From IMG/VR virus record IMGVR_UViG_3300001765_000030, positions 117,191-181,190 of that record: a stretch of 64,000 nucleotides of DNA; one strand, 5' to 3'. The notes beneath the pieces are model-generated. The model saw only the letters and a list, made by a program, of their open reading frames with translations, did no database searches and was not told the origin of the DNA. Shown piece by piece: positions 50,725 through 60,554 of this stretch. Positions within the stretch are counted from its first letter, which is position 1. The number at the start of each line of letters is the position of its first letter. The DNA comes from a virus. Both the position numbers and the translations under genes were made by a program.

Positions 50725-52258
50725 GTATTACCTCATAGTTGTATCCATAAATTCGATATCTATTACCGTGGAATCCAAATGAAATAGACTTGAGATATGA
50801 AATATTAAACAATCTATATCGTTCTGTTACAAGATCAAAATTTGATGGAATATTTAACATTTCAATTATCTGACTATCAGTCATATTGTGAAAGTTCTCA
50901 TTAGGAATCATATGTAAAACTATCTTTGAGAATAATTTTATATAGAAATGAAGAACTTCCCAATCATCACCAGTATTGATCATTCCAGTTGAACGTATTC
51001 CAAATCTCGGATATTTATCAGCGATAGGACCTTTAATAGCAGTTGGACTCTTGTCTATAGCTATCAACGGAATTCTAAACTGATTATTCGCAGCAACTCC
51101 CATATTTACATTATCATATTTTCCGCAACCTTCCAATATGACAAGTTCTACATTAGAGTTATTATCCTCAATAGAAAGAGGAATTCCACGTTTATCAAGT
51201 TCTTCAACGATAGTTGTAATAGTTGTTGGAAGAATTACAAGACCATTCTGAACGTTATTTAACAGAGGATATATGTCAATATTCGTATCTGTAAATAGTT
51301 CAGGATATTCCCGTTTAAGTCTTTCAAAATCTCTATCGTAAAGTATCTCGAGATACTTCTTCACATTGATAATCTGTTTGTATAAAGCTGGAATACAACC
51401 TGTATACAAGTGGTTATATATGAAGAATTGTCTACGATATTCGCCAGTCTTTACACCATTTGCGTCAAACATAACATGTAGAGTTTTAAAGAATGTGACA
51501 TTTTGATAATCATTATCTACTTCAACTTTGAAAGGTACACTATTGAGCACTTCCATTATCGAATTATTTGAGTTTGATTTCAAATACTCATCATGCTTAA
51601 CTGTACAGTTTTCATAGTTCATCGCATACTTATCAAAATAATCATCCGGAGTTATATAGAACTCGCAAGTTTTACGAGATTCGTCCGCAAGTTTAATTTC
51701 AAATGTAACACTTCCGATACGATCTGATATAAATTTGCTAGGATATACAGTTATAGATCCTCTAACATATACATCCCCAACAAGCAATGTTGTAACCAAC
51801 AACTCGTCAAATTTATTTGTATATATTGTAGGATTGGTAGATGCTTTTAACAATTCTTCCATCTTATACAATGCTGCAAATTCTAAAACTCTATACGCTT
51901 GAATTAAACCAAGAGCTTCAAGTTCTACAATACTTGTTCCAACATTGACAAAATCAGGATTAACCGACGAATCAAGTATTGAAGAAAATATAAACTTGTT
52001 TTTACCCAAAGATGATTCTGTCCCATCAATATGGGAAACTGGAATCTCTACAGATGTCTTGATAAAATTGCGAATATCGTTTATAGAATATTTTGAAGAA
52101 GGTGTAGGATTTACAGGCCAATTATAATACAATAATGCCGGTTTAGTCCCTACAGTAGGAGGCAGATATTCATGTCCGAAATTGTTATTATCATTATAAG
52201 AGAACGGTCGATCTTTATGACCTATAAGGTAGAAAAATCCTCTAATCGAAGAAGACAT
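50702..52258 (-). CDS. Probable virion structural protein (paralog of 52266..53681)
   Basis: Shared motif YPELFT-x2-I-x2-YP; late operon. Confidence 0.65.
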   Translation of the reverse strand: MSSSIRGFFYLIGHKDRPFSYNDNNNFGHEYLPPTVGTKPALLYYNWPVNPTPSSKYSINDIRNFIKTSVEIPVSHIDGTESSLGKNKFIFSSILDSSVNPDFVNVGTSIVELEALGLIQAYRVLEFAALYKMEELLKASTNPTIYTNKFDELLVTTLLVGDVYVRGSITVYPSKFISDRIGSVTFEIKLADESRKTCEFYITPDDYFDKYAMNYENCTVKHDEYLKSNSNNSIMEVLNSVPFKVEVDNDYQNVTFFKTLHVMFDANGVKTGEYRRQFFIYNHLYTGCIPALYKQIINVKKYLEILYDRDFERLKREYPELFTDTNIDIYPLLNNVQNGLVILPTTITTIVEELDKRGIPLSIEDNNSNVELVILEGCGKYDNVNMGVAANNQFRIPLIAIDKSPTAIKGPIADKYPRFGIRSTGMINTGDDWEVLHFYIKLFSKIVLHMIPNENFHNMTDSQIIEMLNIPSNFDLVTERYRLFNISYLKSISFGFHGNRYRIYGYNYEVIHGPEQII

Positions 52259-52265
52259 AAATACC

Positions 52266-53681
52266 TCACTTCATTGGGTTTACGATGTACTCTGTAGAAT
52301 CGAGTGTAAATTTGATATAATTTATAGTCGATCCATTCATAGTAACAAAGAAGCTGAAACTGCTAGGGATAGATGTAACAATAGCATTTTCTTTACCAAG
52401 ATTATTTGTAATAATCATTGTTGCAATGTAAAGAAGTCTATGGAAGATCTCATGACCTCTTGCAGTCGTATATCCTGGGAATGGTTTGTATAGTGGACCA
52501 TACTCTGGGAATACCGTTCCGATTGGTCTGAGAGAATCAGATTTATTGGAACTTGCTGCAATAATTGGGAATGGTACAACATTCGTAGAATTGATAGTTT
52601 CATTACCAACGTAAATAACTTCAGCATTCTTAAAGTTGTTGTCTTTAAGTTCAAGACCCCATTTAATTGCGAGAGTATCAGACATGATCTGCATAGTTAC
52701 TGGCGACATATATCTCTGAGTAGCATCGACGTTGTGTACAGGATACAAATTGATCGTACGCTCAGTAAAGAGTTCAGGGTAGTGATATACACATTCCTGG
52801 TAAGTATACGGTCTATTAAGACTAGGTCTTATAGATGTAAGGAGATAATCCTTAATCTTTAAGATAACCTCTTCTGTAGTAAACACGTTGGAGATCAAGT
52901 ATACGATAAACAGATGTTGAGTAAACTTGTCACCAGTACCATCATTGTAAACGTATTTTGTAGATTTATACTCATAAGTCTTATAATGACCAGTATTGAA
53001 GATTTGAAGATGTTTTTCAACGATCTGAGCTCTCCACTCATTTTCCGAGATAAGGTTATCAGGGACAGGAGTCGTTTGATCTTCATACAGATATACTTGA
53101 TATCTATTTTTTGTTTCTTTTTCAATCAATTTATCTGGATTGAAATAGATTTTGAAAGGTACATCATCATTCGCCGAACCGAAGTTCATTGTAAATGATA
53201 CATCCTGAATACGCCATCCATTACGATCTCCAATAGTGAGCGAGTTGTTCACATAAGGAAGAGGTGTAACGCCTAAAAGCGAAACAACGTTATTATGGAA
53301 TGTGGCAAAGAGATTCGGATCAGCCTGATTAATGTAAAGATATTCGATGATCTTAAATACAGATATCCATACATCTGATGGTAAATCTGATCCAACAAGA
53401 GTGCTATCGAATTCATCCGATGGTTTTTGAATAGTAAGACTTGAAAGATAATTGAGAGTGTTATTTGATACAAATTTCTTTGTAGTGGTAATAGGTGTAT
53501 CAAATACATTCATTACGTCCGAAAAACTTGCTCCATACACTGGAACCATCTTTCCAGATACTGGATCAGGCTGCTGATTTGGATCAAATCCAAATGGCAT
53601 ATTAGGACCCCACGATCCAGGATAGTCATAACTACCAACTGGTACGTAGAAACCCGTGACTTCTGTAAAATTCGCGGCCAT
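52266..53681 (-). CDS. Probable virion structural protein (paralog of 50702..52258)
   Basis: Late-type promoter 53713-53727; shared motifs. Confidence 0.65.
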   Translation of the reverse strand: MAANFTEVTGFYVPVGSYDYPGSWGPNMPFGFDPNQQPDPVSGKMVPVYGASFSDVMNVFDTPITTTKKFVSNNTLNYLSSLTIQKPSDEFDSTLVGSDLPSDVWISVFKIIEYLYINQADPNLFATFHNNVVSLLGVTPLPYVNNSLTIGDRNGWRIQDVSFTMNFGSANDDVPFKIYFNPDKLIEKETKNRYQVYLYEDQTTPVPDNLISENEWRAQIVEKHLQIFNTGHYKTYEYKSTKYVYNDGTGDKFTQHLFIVYLISNVFTTEEVILKIKDYLLTSIRPSLNRPYTYQECVYHYPELFTERTINLYPVHNVDATQRYMSPVTMQIMSDTLAIKWGLELKDNNFKNAEVIYVGNETINSTNVVPFPIIAASSNKSDSLRPIGTVFPEYGPLYKPFPGYTTARGHEIFHRLLYIATMIITNNLGKENAIVTSIPSSFSFFVTMNGSTINYIKFTLDSTEYIVNPMK

Positions 53682-53712
53682 AGTTTTCTCCTAAAAAGAT
53701 TTATTTTATGCT

Positions 53713-53727
53713 CACATTAGGATGTTT
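53713..53727 (-). promoter_or_regulatory. Late-type promoter
   Basis: AAACATCCTAATGTG. Confidence 0.7.
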
Positions 53728-53768
53728 TGAAGAAAAAAAGAGGGGGATTTACCCACCCTCTTCTTAAA

Positions 53769-54905
53769 TTACTCTTCAAATTTTGAGAGAGAATTTAAAA
53801 TAGATACATAATCCTGATCAGGAGCAGCTTCACTTTCCGAAGCAACTTCATGATTGGACTTAGACTTAACAACGTCATAATTGAATACGGAAGATTTCAA
53901 TCCTGTAAGAGCGAGATCTCCTGTATCAATTTCATCGTCGTTATCCGCGATTTTCAAATCTTCAAAACGTTTACGGTAATTAACTGTATCTTTTTCGAGA
54001 GATGAATATCCATGGTATGCAACAATCCCTTCTGCGGAAATTGTATACCCATATTTGGAATCAAGAGCCAGACTATTATGTACAGCAGACTCATAATTAT
54101 CCGCACAGTCTTCAGGGATTTCAGCCATGATATGTTTTACATGACTTGTTCCAGGAAGAATCATAGTTGAAGGAACTACTTCATACTCTTTCAACCGTGC
54201 AAATCCATGAAGTCCTGAATAAGACATTCCAAGACGTCGATCATTCATGTCCAGAACGCCAAGGCGTGAAACTTTGGAATGATTACCAATAAGATAATCT
54301 GCGATAAGATTTGCAGAATAGTTATTGATAAAGTTTCTACGTTCGATAAATGATCCGCCACCAGGGATATTACGATAGTTGTTTTCAACTACAGTATATC
54401 GACACCCCTTCTTGATTGTACGTTTGATATCATTGATACACAGAAGTGTATTTCTGAATACGCCAATTCCTTCAGAGAATGCAGGCAACAGCGCAATACC
54501 GATAACACGTACAGTTTCAATCGCATTTTCGACAAGATCGTGTAGAATGTTAACCAATGCTGGCCCAATACCCGAGCCAGATCCGCCACCAGTTGAGAAC
54601 GACACTGTAATGACGTCGACACCTTCACGTTTAGCGGTGCTTCCGACGGTATGAACGAAACCTTTAATATCAAATCCTGTTAAGGCTTCGATAGCGGTTT
54701 CACGGTTCTTTCCGGCGCCGCCATCAAGATCCCCGATAAGATATTTTTGAGCATGAACCTTTGTAGTTGTCGAATCAAGTTCTTCTTTTGATACATTCAT
54801 TACTACAAGGTTTACCCCTTTAGGATTTGAAACCTTAGTATGCTCAGCGAGAGCACTTGCAAATTTTGTTCCAGCGAGACCGATACCAATGTTAAGTACC
54901 TTCAT
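53769..54905 (-). CDS. phuZ: Tubulin/FtsZ-family GTPase (PhuZ/TubZ-like)
   Basis: GIGLAG, GGAGKN, signature GGGSGSG; short C-terminal tail; SD GGAGG before ATG 54905. Confidence 0.88.
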   Translation of the reverse strand: MKVLNIGIGLAGTKFASALAEHTKVSNPKGVNLVVMNVSKEELDSTTTKVHAQKYLIGDLDGGAGKNRETAIEALTGFDIKGFVHTVGSTAKREGVDVITVSFSTGGGSGSGIGPALVNILHDLVENAIETVRVIGIALLPAFSEGIGVFRNTLLCINDIKRTIKKGCRYTVVENNYRNIPGGGSFIERRNFINNYSANLIADYLIGNHSKVSRLGVLDMNDRRLGMSYSGLHGFARLKEYEVVPSTMILPGTSHVKHIMAEIPEDCADNYESAVHNSLALDSKYGYTISAEGIVAYHGYSSLEKDTVNYRKRFEDLKIADNDDEIDTGDLALTGLKSSVFNYDVVKSKSNHEVASESEAAPDQDYVSILNSLSKFEE

Positions 54906-54967
54906 GAAATCCTCCAAATTGTTGTTTATATATCGAGTTAGTATACACACGTATTGTGTAACTCTAC

Positions 54968-54986
54968 CAATATTAAATATATAGTC
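54968..54986 (-). promoter_or_regulatory. Early-type promoter
   Basis: GACTATATATTTAATATTG. Confidence 0.7.
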
Positions 54987-55003
54987 AGAACACAAGTTTA
55001 AAA

Positions 55004-55028
55004 TATAGGAGGGAGTATCCCTCCTATA
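55004..55028. terminator. Intergenic hairpin
   Basis: TATAGGAGGGA/TCCCTCCTATA. Confidence 0.75.
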
Positions 55029-55805
55029 TTATTTTTCGTTTGACTCGAACCTTGCATTGAAAATCTCCCAACGCATTGTATAGATCTGATTGTTTCCAAC
55101 AAATCTAAATATCACTATAGGATCATTAGGGATATTACATATACGAGATGGACTCTGATTAGTTGCGATTCCATACAATACTACATCCGGAATTCCTCCA
55201 GGAACGTTACATTTATATGAATTCTTAACAACTTTATCAAGATTTTCAATTTCACTCTTCATTTTACTATCAGAGTAGTCGCGCAAAATATTTGTAACTT
55301 TAGCAGATGATCCAGAGATTTTACCAAATCTTTCGTAAAACTCAACCTCTTCTCTGACATACAACATCTTTATTTTATGACCACTATATATGACATCTCT
55401 AAGAATCCAATCCTTAGGTTTATCAATATCGCTGATATTTATTAGTTCAAACTCTGTATCAGATATCTGACTAAATGTCAATCTTTCAGCAGTATCAACT
55501 ACGTCATACAGACTTCCAGTTTTGAGATGCTTGTAAACAGTATACTTCCATCTCATGGATTTATATATGAGATCAAAATCAGGATCTTCAGCAGTATCAT
55601 AATCAAACTGATCAGGAACATCATCGTCTTCATGAGCTGTCATGAAATCTTTGATTATATCACTGTTATATTCGTTCAAAGCGAAATTGTCAGGTTTGGA
55701 CAATCCAAATCGTTTTACATAATACTTGGCATACAGTTTGGTTATAGCAAACATAATTCCAAATATAGCTGCTAAGATCAGAAAGTTAGTTACATATGTC
55801 AGCAT
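55029..55805 (-). CDS. Membrane-anchored protein with DUF1653-like domain(s)
   Basis: N-terminal TM helix; 'YKHLKTGSLYDVV...YVREEVEFYERF' and a second similar C-terminal unit. Confidence 0.55.
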   Translation of the reverse strand: MLTYVTNFLILAAIFGIMFAITKLYAKYYVKRFGLSKPDNFALNEYNSDIIKDFMTAHEDDDVPDQFDYDTAEDPDFDLIYKSMRWKYTVYKHLKTGSLYDVVDTAERLTFSQISDTEFELINISDIDKPKDWILRDVIYSGHKIKMLYVREEVEFYERFGKISGSSAKVTNILRDYSDSKMKSEIENLDKVVKNSYKCNVPGGIPDVVLYGIATNQSPSRICNIPNDPIVIFRFVGNNQIYTMRWEIFNARFESNEK

Positions 55806-55806
55806 A

Positions 55807-56322
55807 CTATTTACACCCACAATTCTCACAAGGAGTTGAACAGTCACAAGACTCTTCTTCAACCTTCAATCCATTTTTAGCCCATTTAAGAACGAAAGCA
55901 AGATGTTTGATAATGCGATCCTTTATCCGACGCATACATGCGTCAACGCCAAACTCGTGTACATACTTTGCAGGATCCACACAAGGAGACAGATCATATT
56001 CAGTCCAACCTGTACGAGTATCGATCTTTACAAACGTTGTATGATCATCGATAATTTTGGAATCCATTGTTCCCAAGAAGTTTATGACATCTTCTTCATC
56101 AAGACAGCTATCATTTTCGATAGGGAAGTATGCTTCTTCAAAAGCTTTCTTAGGACTCCATGAAATGTATCCATCAGGATATTTTACAACATACCCTTCT
56201 TTTTCAGTAGAGTTGACAATTCTTCCAAATGTGCTAACGAAATCGTCAACATTCATTGGTTCAAATTTTACAAGCTTAACACCGATTGCAGTCTGATTGA
56301 TGTCGATTGAACTTAAAACCAT
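55807..56322 (-). CDS. Two-domain phage protein with N4 gp49/Sf6 gp66-like C-terminal domain
   Basis: 'GYVVKYPDGYISWSPKKAFEEAY' plus 'SPCVDPAKYVHEFGVDAC'. Confidence 0.65.
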   Translation of the reverse strand: MVLSSIDINQTAIGVKLVKFEPMNVDDFVSTFGRIVNSTEKEGYVVKYPDGYISWSPKKAFEEAYFPIENDSCLDEEDVINFLGTMDSKIIDDHTTFVKIDTRTGWTEYDLSPCVDPAKYVHEFGVDACMRRIKDRIIKHLAFVLKWAKNGLKVEEESCDCSTPCENCGCK

Positions 56323-56413
56323 AATAACCCTCCGAGATAATTAATAATTAATACAATACAATGTCGCAAAACTAATCAAAATGTATGACGGGAATTAACC
56401 CGCCATACAATGA

Positions 56414-57004
56414 TTATCTAAAGAAGAAACCGAAATATCCACCAACCCTTGGTATAGACAGATCGCTATTCACCGCAATTCCTAAACTCGGTCCAAAGTA
56501 AAATTTATTAACCGAGAATATAGGATTCAATGTTAAACCGTGAACTTTATTTTTATCCAAATCCATAGTATACATTACACTTCCACCGAAGTTAAACAAC
56601 GGCCTAGGATTAGTGTTTTCGAGTTTACGATCAATAACATCTATCTTCTTACCAATATCTGTTTCAAGTTTTTCATTCTTTTCAAGAATAACATTATTCA
56701 AACTATCAACACGATTTGTTAACTCGTTTATGGTCTTCATAAGACCTTCAACTTTATAAGAAGAAGTATCTATAATTGAATCTACAATATAAATACCTTC
56801 CCTTAAATCTCCAATAGATTCTGCAAGTTGGTTTGAAATTCTTTCAAGACTTCGAATTAATTCAACAGCTTTAACATAGTCATCAGGAATAGGTCTATTA
56901 TAAACCTTTCCATTGAACTTTATAGTAACATTCATATCTTCAGCGTGAGCAGTTACTCCACAACCAAAAATCATAAACATTATGAGAATTATAAACTTAT
57001 TCAT
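56414..57004 (-). CDS. Exported coiled-coil protein with C-terminal amphipathic beta-strands
   Basis: Signal peptide with FGC; coiled coil; ends GGYFGFFFR. Confidence 0.65.
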   Translation of the reverse strand: MNKFIILIMFMIFGCGVTAHAEDMNVTIKFNGKVYNRPIPDDYVKAVELIRSLERISNQLAESIGDLREGIYIVDSIIDTSSYKVEGLMKTINELTNRVDSLNNVILEKNEKLETDIGKKIDVIDRKLENTNPRPLFNFGGSVMYTMDLDKNKVHGLTLNPIFSVNKFYFGPSLGIAVNSDLSIPRVGGYFGFFFR

Positions 57005-57005
57005 C

Positions 57006-57437
57006 TTACCCTCTTGATACAGCTTCTTCAAATTCTTCACGTATTAGCATTTTTTCAATATCTTTAGTAATCTCATCAGAAGTTTTCTTCAGACCATCAC
57101 TACGATCTTTGATATATTTGATGATAGTTTTAACACTATCAGTGTGCTCATCGATAGTATCGAGAGCTTTACCTGCAGTATCAATAACATCTTTAATTTC
57201 TTTATTGTTTTTACGAATCTCTTCGTTAATGCTATCCAATTTGTGTTGAATTTTAGTAACTTTATGTTTCTCTGTGAAGTATCCGACTGTCGAAAATATT
57301 GATATTAATGCGAAAATGCTAATCAATAGTATTGACATAAATTTAACCCAACCATTCTTGTTTTCTGAAATAAGAATTCTAAAACCATCTACAACACTTG
57401 TTATATAGCTTAGAATTCCACCTTCTTTAATATCCAT
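57006..57437 (-). CDS. Inner-membrane-anchored coiled-coil protein (i-spanin-like topology)
   Basis: Single TM 'FMSILLISIFALISIFSTVGYF' followed by coiled coil. Confidence 0.6.
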   Translation of the reverse strand: MDIKEGGILSYITSVVDGFRILISENKNGWVKFMSILLISIFALISIFSTVGYFTEKHKVTKIQHKLDSINEEIRKNNKEIKDVIDTAGKALDTIDEHTDSVKTIIKYIKDRSDGLKKTSDEITKDIEKMLIREEFEEAVSRG

Positions 57438-57491
57438 GACATTTCCTTTTTAAAGAAAACTGAGGGTCTTTCGACCCACAGTTCAACTCTT

Positions 57492-57677
57492 TTATTCGAG
57501 AGATATTGAATTTTTATCAGGTACAGAGTTGAGAGCCTCTTCACTGATATCCATTATCCCCTGAACTTTTTTCAATTCGCCACTTTTGAGCGCACCATTC
57601 ATCCCGTCAAACCCACTTGAGAATGCGGGATTTCCTCCACCTTGATTAGGCAGCATAGATACTGTAGGATTATTCAT
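57492..57677 (-). CDS. Small hypothetical protein
   Basis: GGGGAG SD; downstream hairpin. Confidence 0.6.
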   Translation of the reverse strand: MNNPTVSMLPNQGGGNPAFSSGFDGMNGALKSGELKKVQGIMDISEEALNSVPDKNSISLE

Positions 57678-57695
57678 TTTAGACTCCCCTAAAAA

Positions 57696-58118
57696 TTAAA
57701 ATAATTTACTAAATAAAACCCGTTTAATCATGTTGATAATAGACTCTTTCTTAGTAGAATAAGTCTTACCAACTATATGGTGAAGAATCTTATCAATCAA
57801 AACCTCTGCAGATTTCTCGAGATGCTCATTTACATTCTGACCATTTTCGATCAATGCAAGATTGAAATCGTTAACAGCTTCGCGAAGTTCCGCATTAAAC
57901 AGTTTTTCAACGGCCAATTTATCCAGAATCTTTTGATTTTGTTTATAGAGATTCCGGCTAGTTTTCCCTAGCCAGTAAATCCTATCAACATCTATAGATT
58001 CAGCTTGTCCGATTCTACACAGTTCAGCAAGAGTTTCAACGTGACCGGGTTCAGTTATAAACCATAACCCGGTATTCTGATTTTCATCAGAATGTCTAGT
58101 GTTTTCCAAATCACTCAT
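57696..58118 (-). CDS. Hypothetical protein
   Basis: SD GGAGGG before ATG 58118. Confidence 0.7.
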   Translation of the reverse strand: MSDLENTRHSDENQNTGLWFITEPGHVETLAELCRIGQAESIDVDRIYWLGKTSRNLYKQNQKILDKLAVEKLFNAELREAVNDFNLALIENGQNVNEHLEKSAEVLIDKILHHIVGKTYSTKKESIINMIKRVLFSKLF

Positions 58119-58134
58119 AAACCCTCCTACCCCT

Positions 58135-60531
58135 TTAGGATAATTCGATACTAATAAAGTCAAAAGCCTTTGTACAGTTAATCTTTCTTGGGGAATTCAG
58201 ATTCTTAAGATTTGATACTTTCAAACTTGTAGTACTATTGTCAGATATAAATATCCCCAACTGATCTTTGACAGCCATATCTACAACACTAACTCCAAGG
58301 CATTCGAATTCATAGAAATCGAATATCTTTTTGAGTTTATTAGTTCTAGACATAACTTTAATCTCAGATATCGGCTGAATATAAACATACGCATCCTTGA
58401 GTTTTGTATTCTCAAGCAACAGTACAAAATGTGAATTAGACCCTGAATATTCGAGTTTAACTCCTTTACCAGAAGTAAAACTACTCATAACCCCTTGAGA
58501 TGTTCTGCCTTTAGACGGAATGTCTCCAACTTTGATATGAAGAGATTCGCCATTCTTGTTAACCAAGAGTATAGTTTTATCTTCATTACCATCAGGGATG
58601 AATACACAATCCTCGACAACCGTAGTAATATTTACAATTCTACTAGTGATCGAATCCAATTCGAATCGTTTGAGAGAACCATCATCCGTTATACAAGCCA
58701 CTGTACCTTTTATACCTTTGTATATTGGACAAATTGATTTGATGTACCCATTCTCTTCAGTATTCTGAACGCCAATCCAACAGTTTATATTCCCATTAGG
58801 ACTAATAGAACTTATACTTCCGTTTGAATAGAATACAAGTATCGATTCAATATTGTTTTCGATACGATGTGAGGATACAATTTCTTTAACCCAAACACCA
58901 TTTATCTTAACACCTTTGAATCCATTCGTAATCTTCTTACCCGAAATGACATTAGAAGAATCGAAAATACCTACAGAATTTCGTGTAGCAAGAATTGCTC
59001 CATTTGAAATAATGACATCATTGCGTTCTTTAAGTTTTCCGATAATCTTGGTACGTCTATTACGACCATATTTCTTTCCAACTTCAAGAGCTTCATCAAC
59101 CATAATTTCATCGATTCTGAGAAGGTTATTCTCATTCTCTATGATCAATTCTTTGGTTTTAGCAATGTTATCAATATAATCAGATTTAGACTTTCTTGAC
59201 AGACTACCAACGTTCATTTCATGAATAGCTTTAGCCTGTATAGGTGTAAGTTTGAACTTACTACACATACTCTGAATAACTTCATCCTTTGTACCATTCG
59301 AACTCGTGATCAATTTAATAACGTCATCTACAACGTCATATATTTGAACAAGTCCTTCAAGGATATGGATTTTGTTACTTAAAGTATTTATAGAGTGAAC
59401 AAGCTTTCTTCGACGAATGTCATAGTTCGCATGATACCAATTCTTAATCATATCTTTAATCGTTGAACGATTAATTCTACCATCAGAATTTGTAGTCAAT
59501 TGTACTCTATTAGAATATTCTAAATTCGTATTCTTATAAAGACTTTCGAGTAGTTCAAGAAGGTTTGTACCATTCTTACAAACAATGAAGAACTGAGGAT
59601 TTTCACCTTTATTCTTTATCTCACCATGGTCTTTGATGTTTGCAAAAATCGTATTCTTCGGATTACCATTCTTATCTTTGTCATTCATCAGTTCGATAAC
59701 TTTAGTCTTAACAGAGTCTAAGTCAAAGAGATGAGGCATAGATTTTATGATAATACGATTGTTGACATTATCGATTTCCACATCACCGCGAACTTTGATA
59801 GTTCGACCAGATTCTTCTGAAGAATCATAGTAATATTTATGGACATCGTCGCCATTGATGATAGTTCCACCACTTACATAGTCTGGATATATCCCAAGAG
59901 TAATATCATACGGTGAGATATTCTTGTTACGAATAAACTTCACAACCATTGAAACTACATCACGGAGATTATGTTGAGGGATATTACTAACAAATGATTC
60001 TGCAATAGATGTTGCACCATTTATAAGTACCAGTGGAACTTTTGATGGAAGGTACTTAGGTTCTTTCAAACCAGATCCGATGTCTGCTTCAGCATCCATC
60101 ATTTCCATAACCTTGGTATCCATCATAGAACCGACAACATCCCATCCAAAAGGAGACCATCTTACTGCGATATATCGAGGACTTGCGGTATCTAAATCTC
60201 CGAAGCTTCCAAAGTTACCATCTCCTTCAAGGAGTGGGTGATTTTGAATTGCATCTTGAGCCATAGCGATAATAGTTTCATTAATACTACTATCTCCATG
60301 TGGATGATACTGCGCGACCAGTCCTCCAAGTTTAACGATTTTTGTAAATTTCTCTTTGAGAACTTTGTTTTCCCAACAGGTGTATAAAATACGTCTGTTA
60401 ATGAACTTAAAACCGTCATACGCAGATGGAATTGCTCGACTAAATGTAGCTAAACCGTAAAGAAATATATCTTCCTTTACTCGAGTTACAACTTCTTCCT
60501 CGCCAGGAAGGTTATTGATATCGATTAACAT
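58135..60531 (-). CDS. gyrA: DNA gyrase / type IIA topoisomerase subunit A
   Basis: DGFKFINRRILY, YHPHGDSS, GNFGS, catalytic SPRY; C-terminal pinwheel-like GRTSQGV. Confidence 0.95.
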   Translation of the reverse strand: MLIDINNLPGEEEVVTRVKEDIFLYGLATFSRAIPSAYDGFKFINRRILYTCWENKVLKEKFTKIVKLGGLVAQYHPHGDSSINETIIAMAQDAIQNHPLLEGDGNFGSFGDLDTASPRYIAVRWSPFGWDVVGSMMDTKVMEMMDAEADIGSGLKEPKYLPSKVPLVLINGATSIAESFVSNIPQHNLRDVVSMVVKFIRNKNISPYDITLGIYPDYVSGGTIINGDDVHKYYYDSSEESGRTIKVRGDVEIDNVNNRIIIKSMPHLFDLDSVKTKVIELMNDKDKNGNPKNTIFANIKDHGEIKNKGENPQFFIVCKNGTNLLELLESLYKNTNLEYSNRVQLTTNSDGRINRSTIKDMIKNWYHANYDIRRRKLVHSINTLSNKIHILEGLVQIYDVVDDVIKLITSSNGTKDEVIQSMCSKFKLTPIQAKAIHEMNVGSLSRKSKSDYIDNIAKTKELIIENENNLLRIDEIMVDEALEVGKKYGRNRRTKIIGKLKERNDVIISNGAILATRNSVGIFDSSNVISGKKITNGFKGVKINGVWVKEIVSSHRIENNIESILVFYSNGSISSISPNGNINCWIGVQNTEENGYIKSICPIYKGIKGTVACITDDGSLKRFELDSITSRIVNITTVVEDCVFIPDGNEDKTILLVNKNGESLHIKVGDIPSKGRTSQGVMSSFTSGKGVKLEYSGSNSHFVLLLENTKLKDAYVYIQPISEIKVMSRTNKLKKIFDFYEFECLGVSVVDMAVKDQLGIFISDNSTTSLKVSNLKNLNSPRKINCTKAFDFISIELS

Positions 60532-60554
60532 GTATTGCACTCCCACTTACAGTC

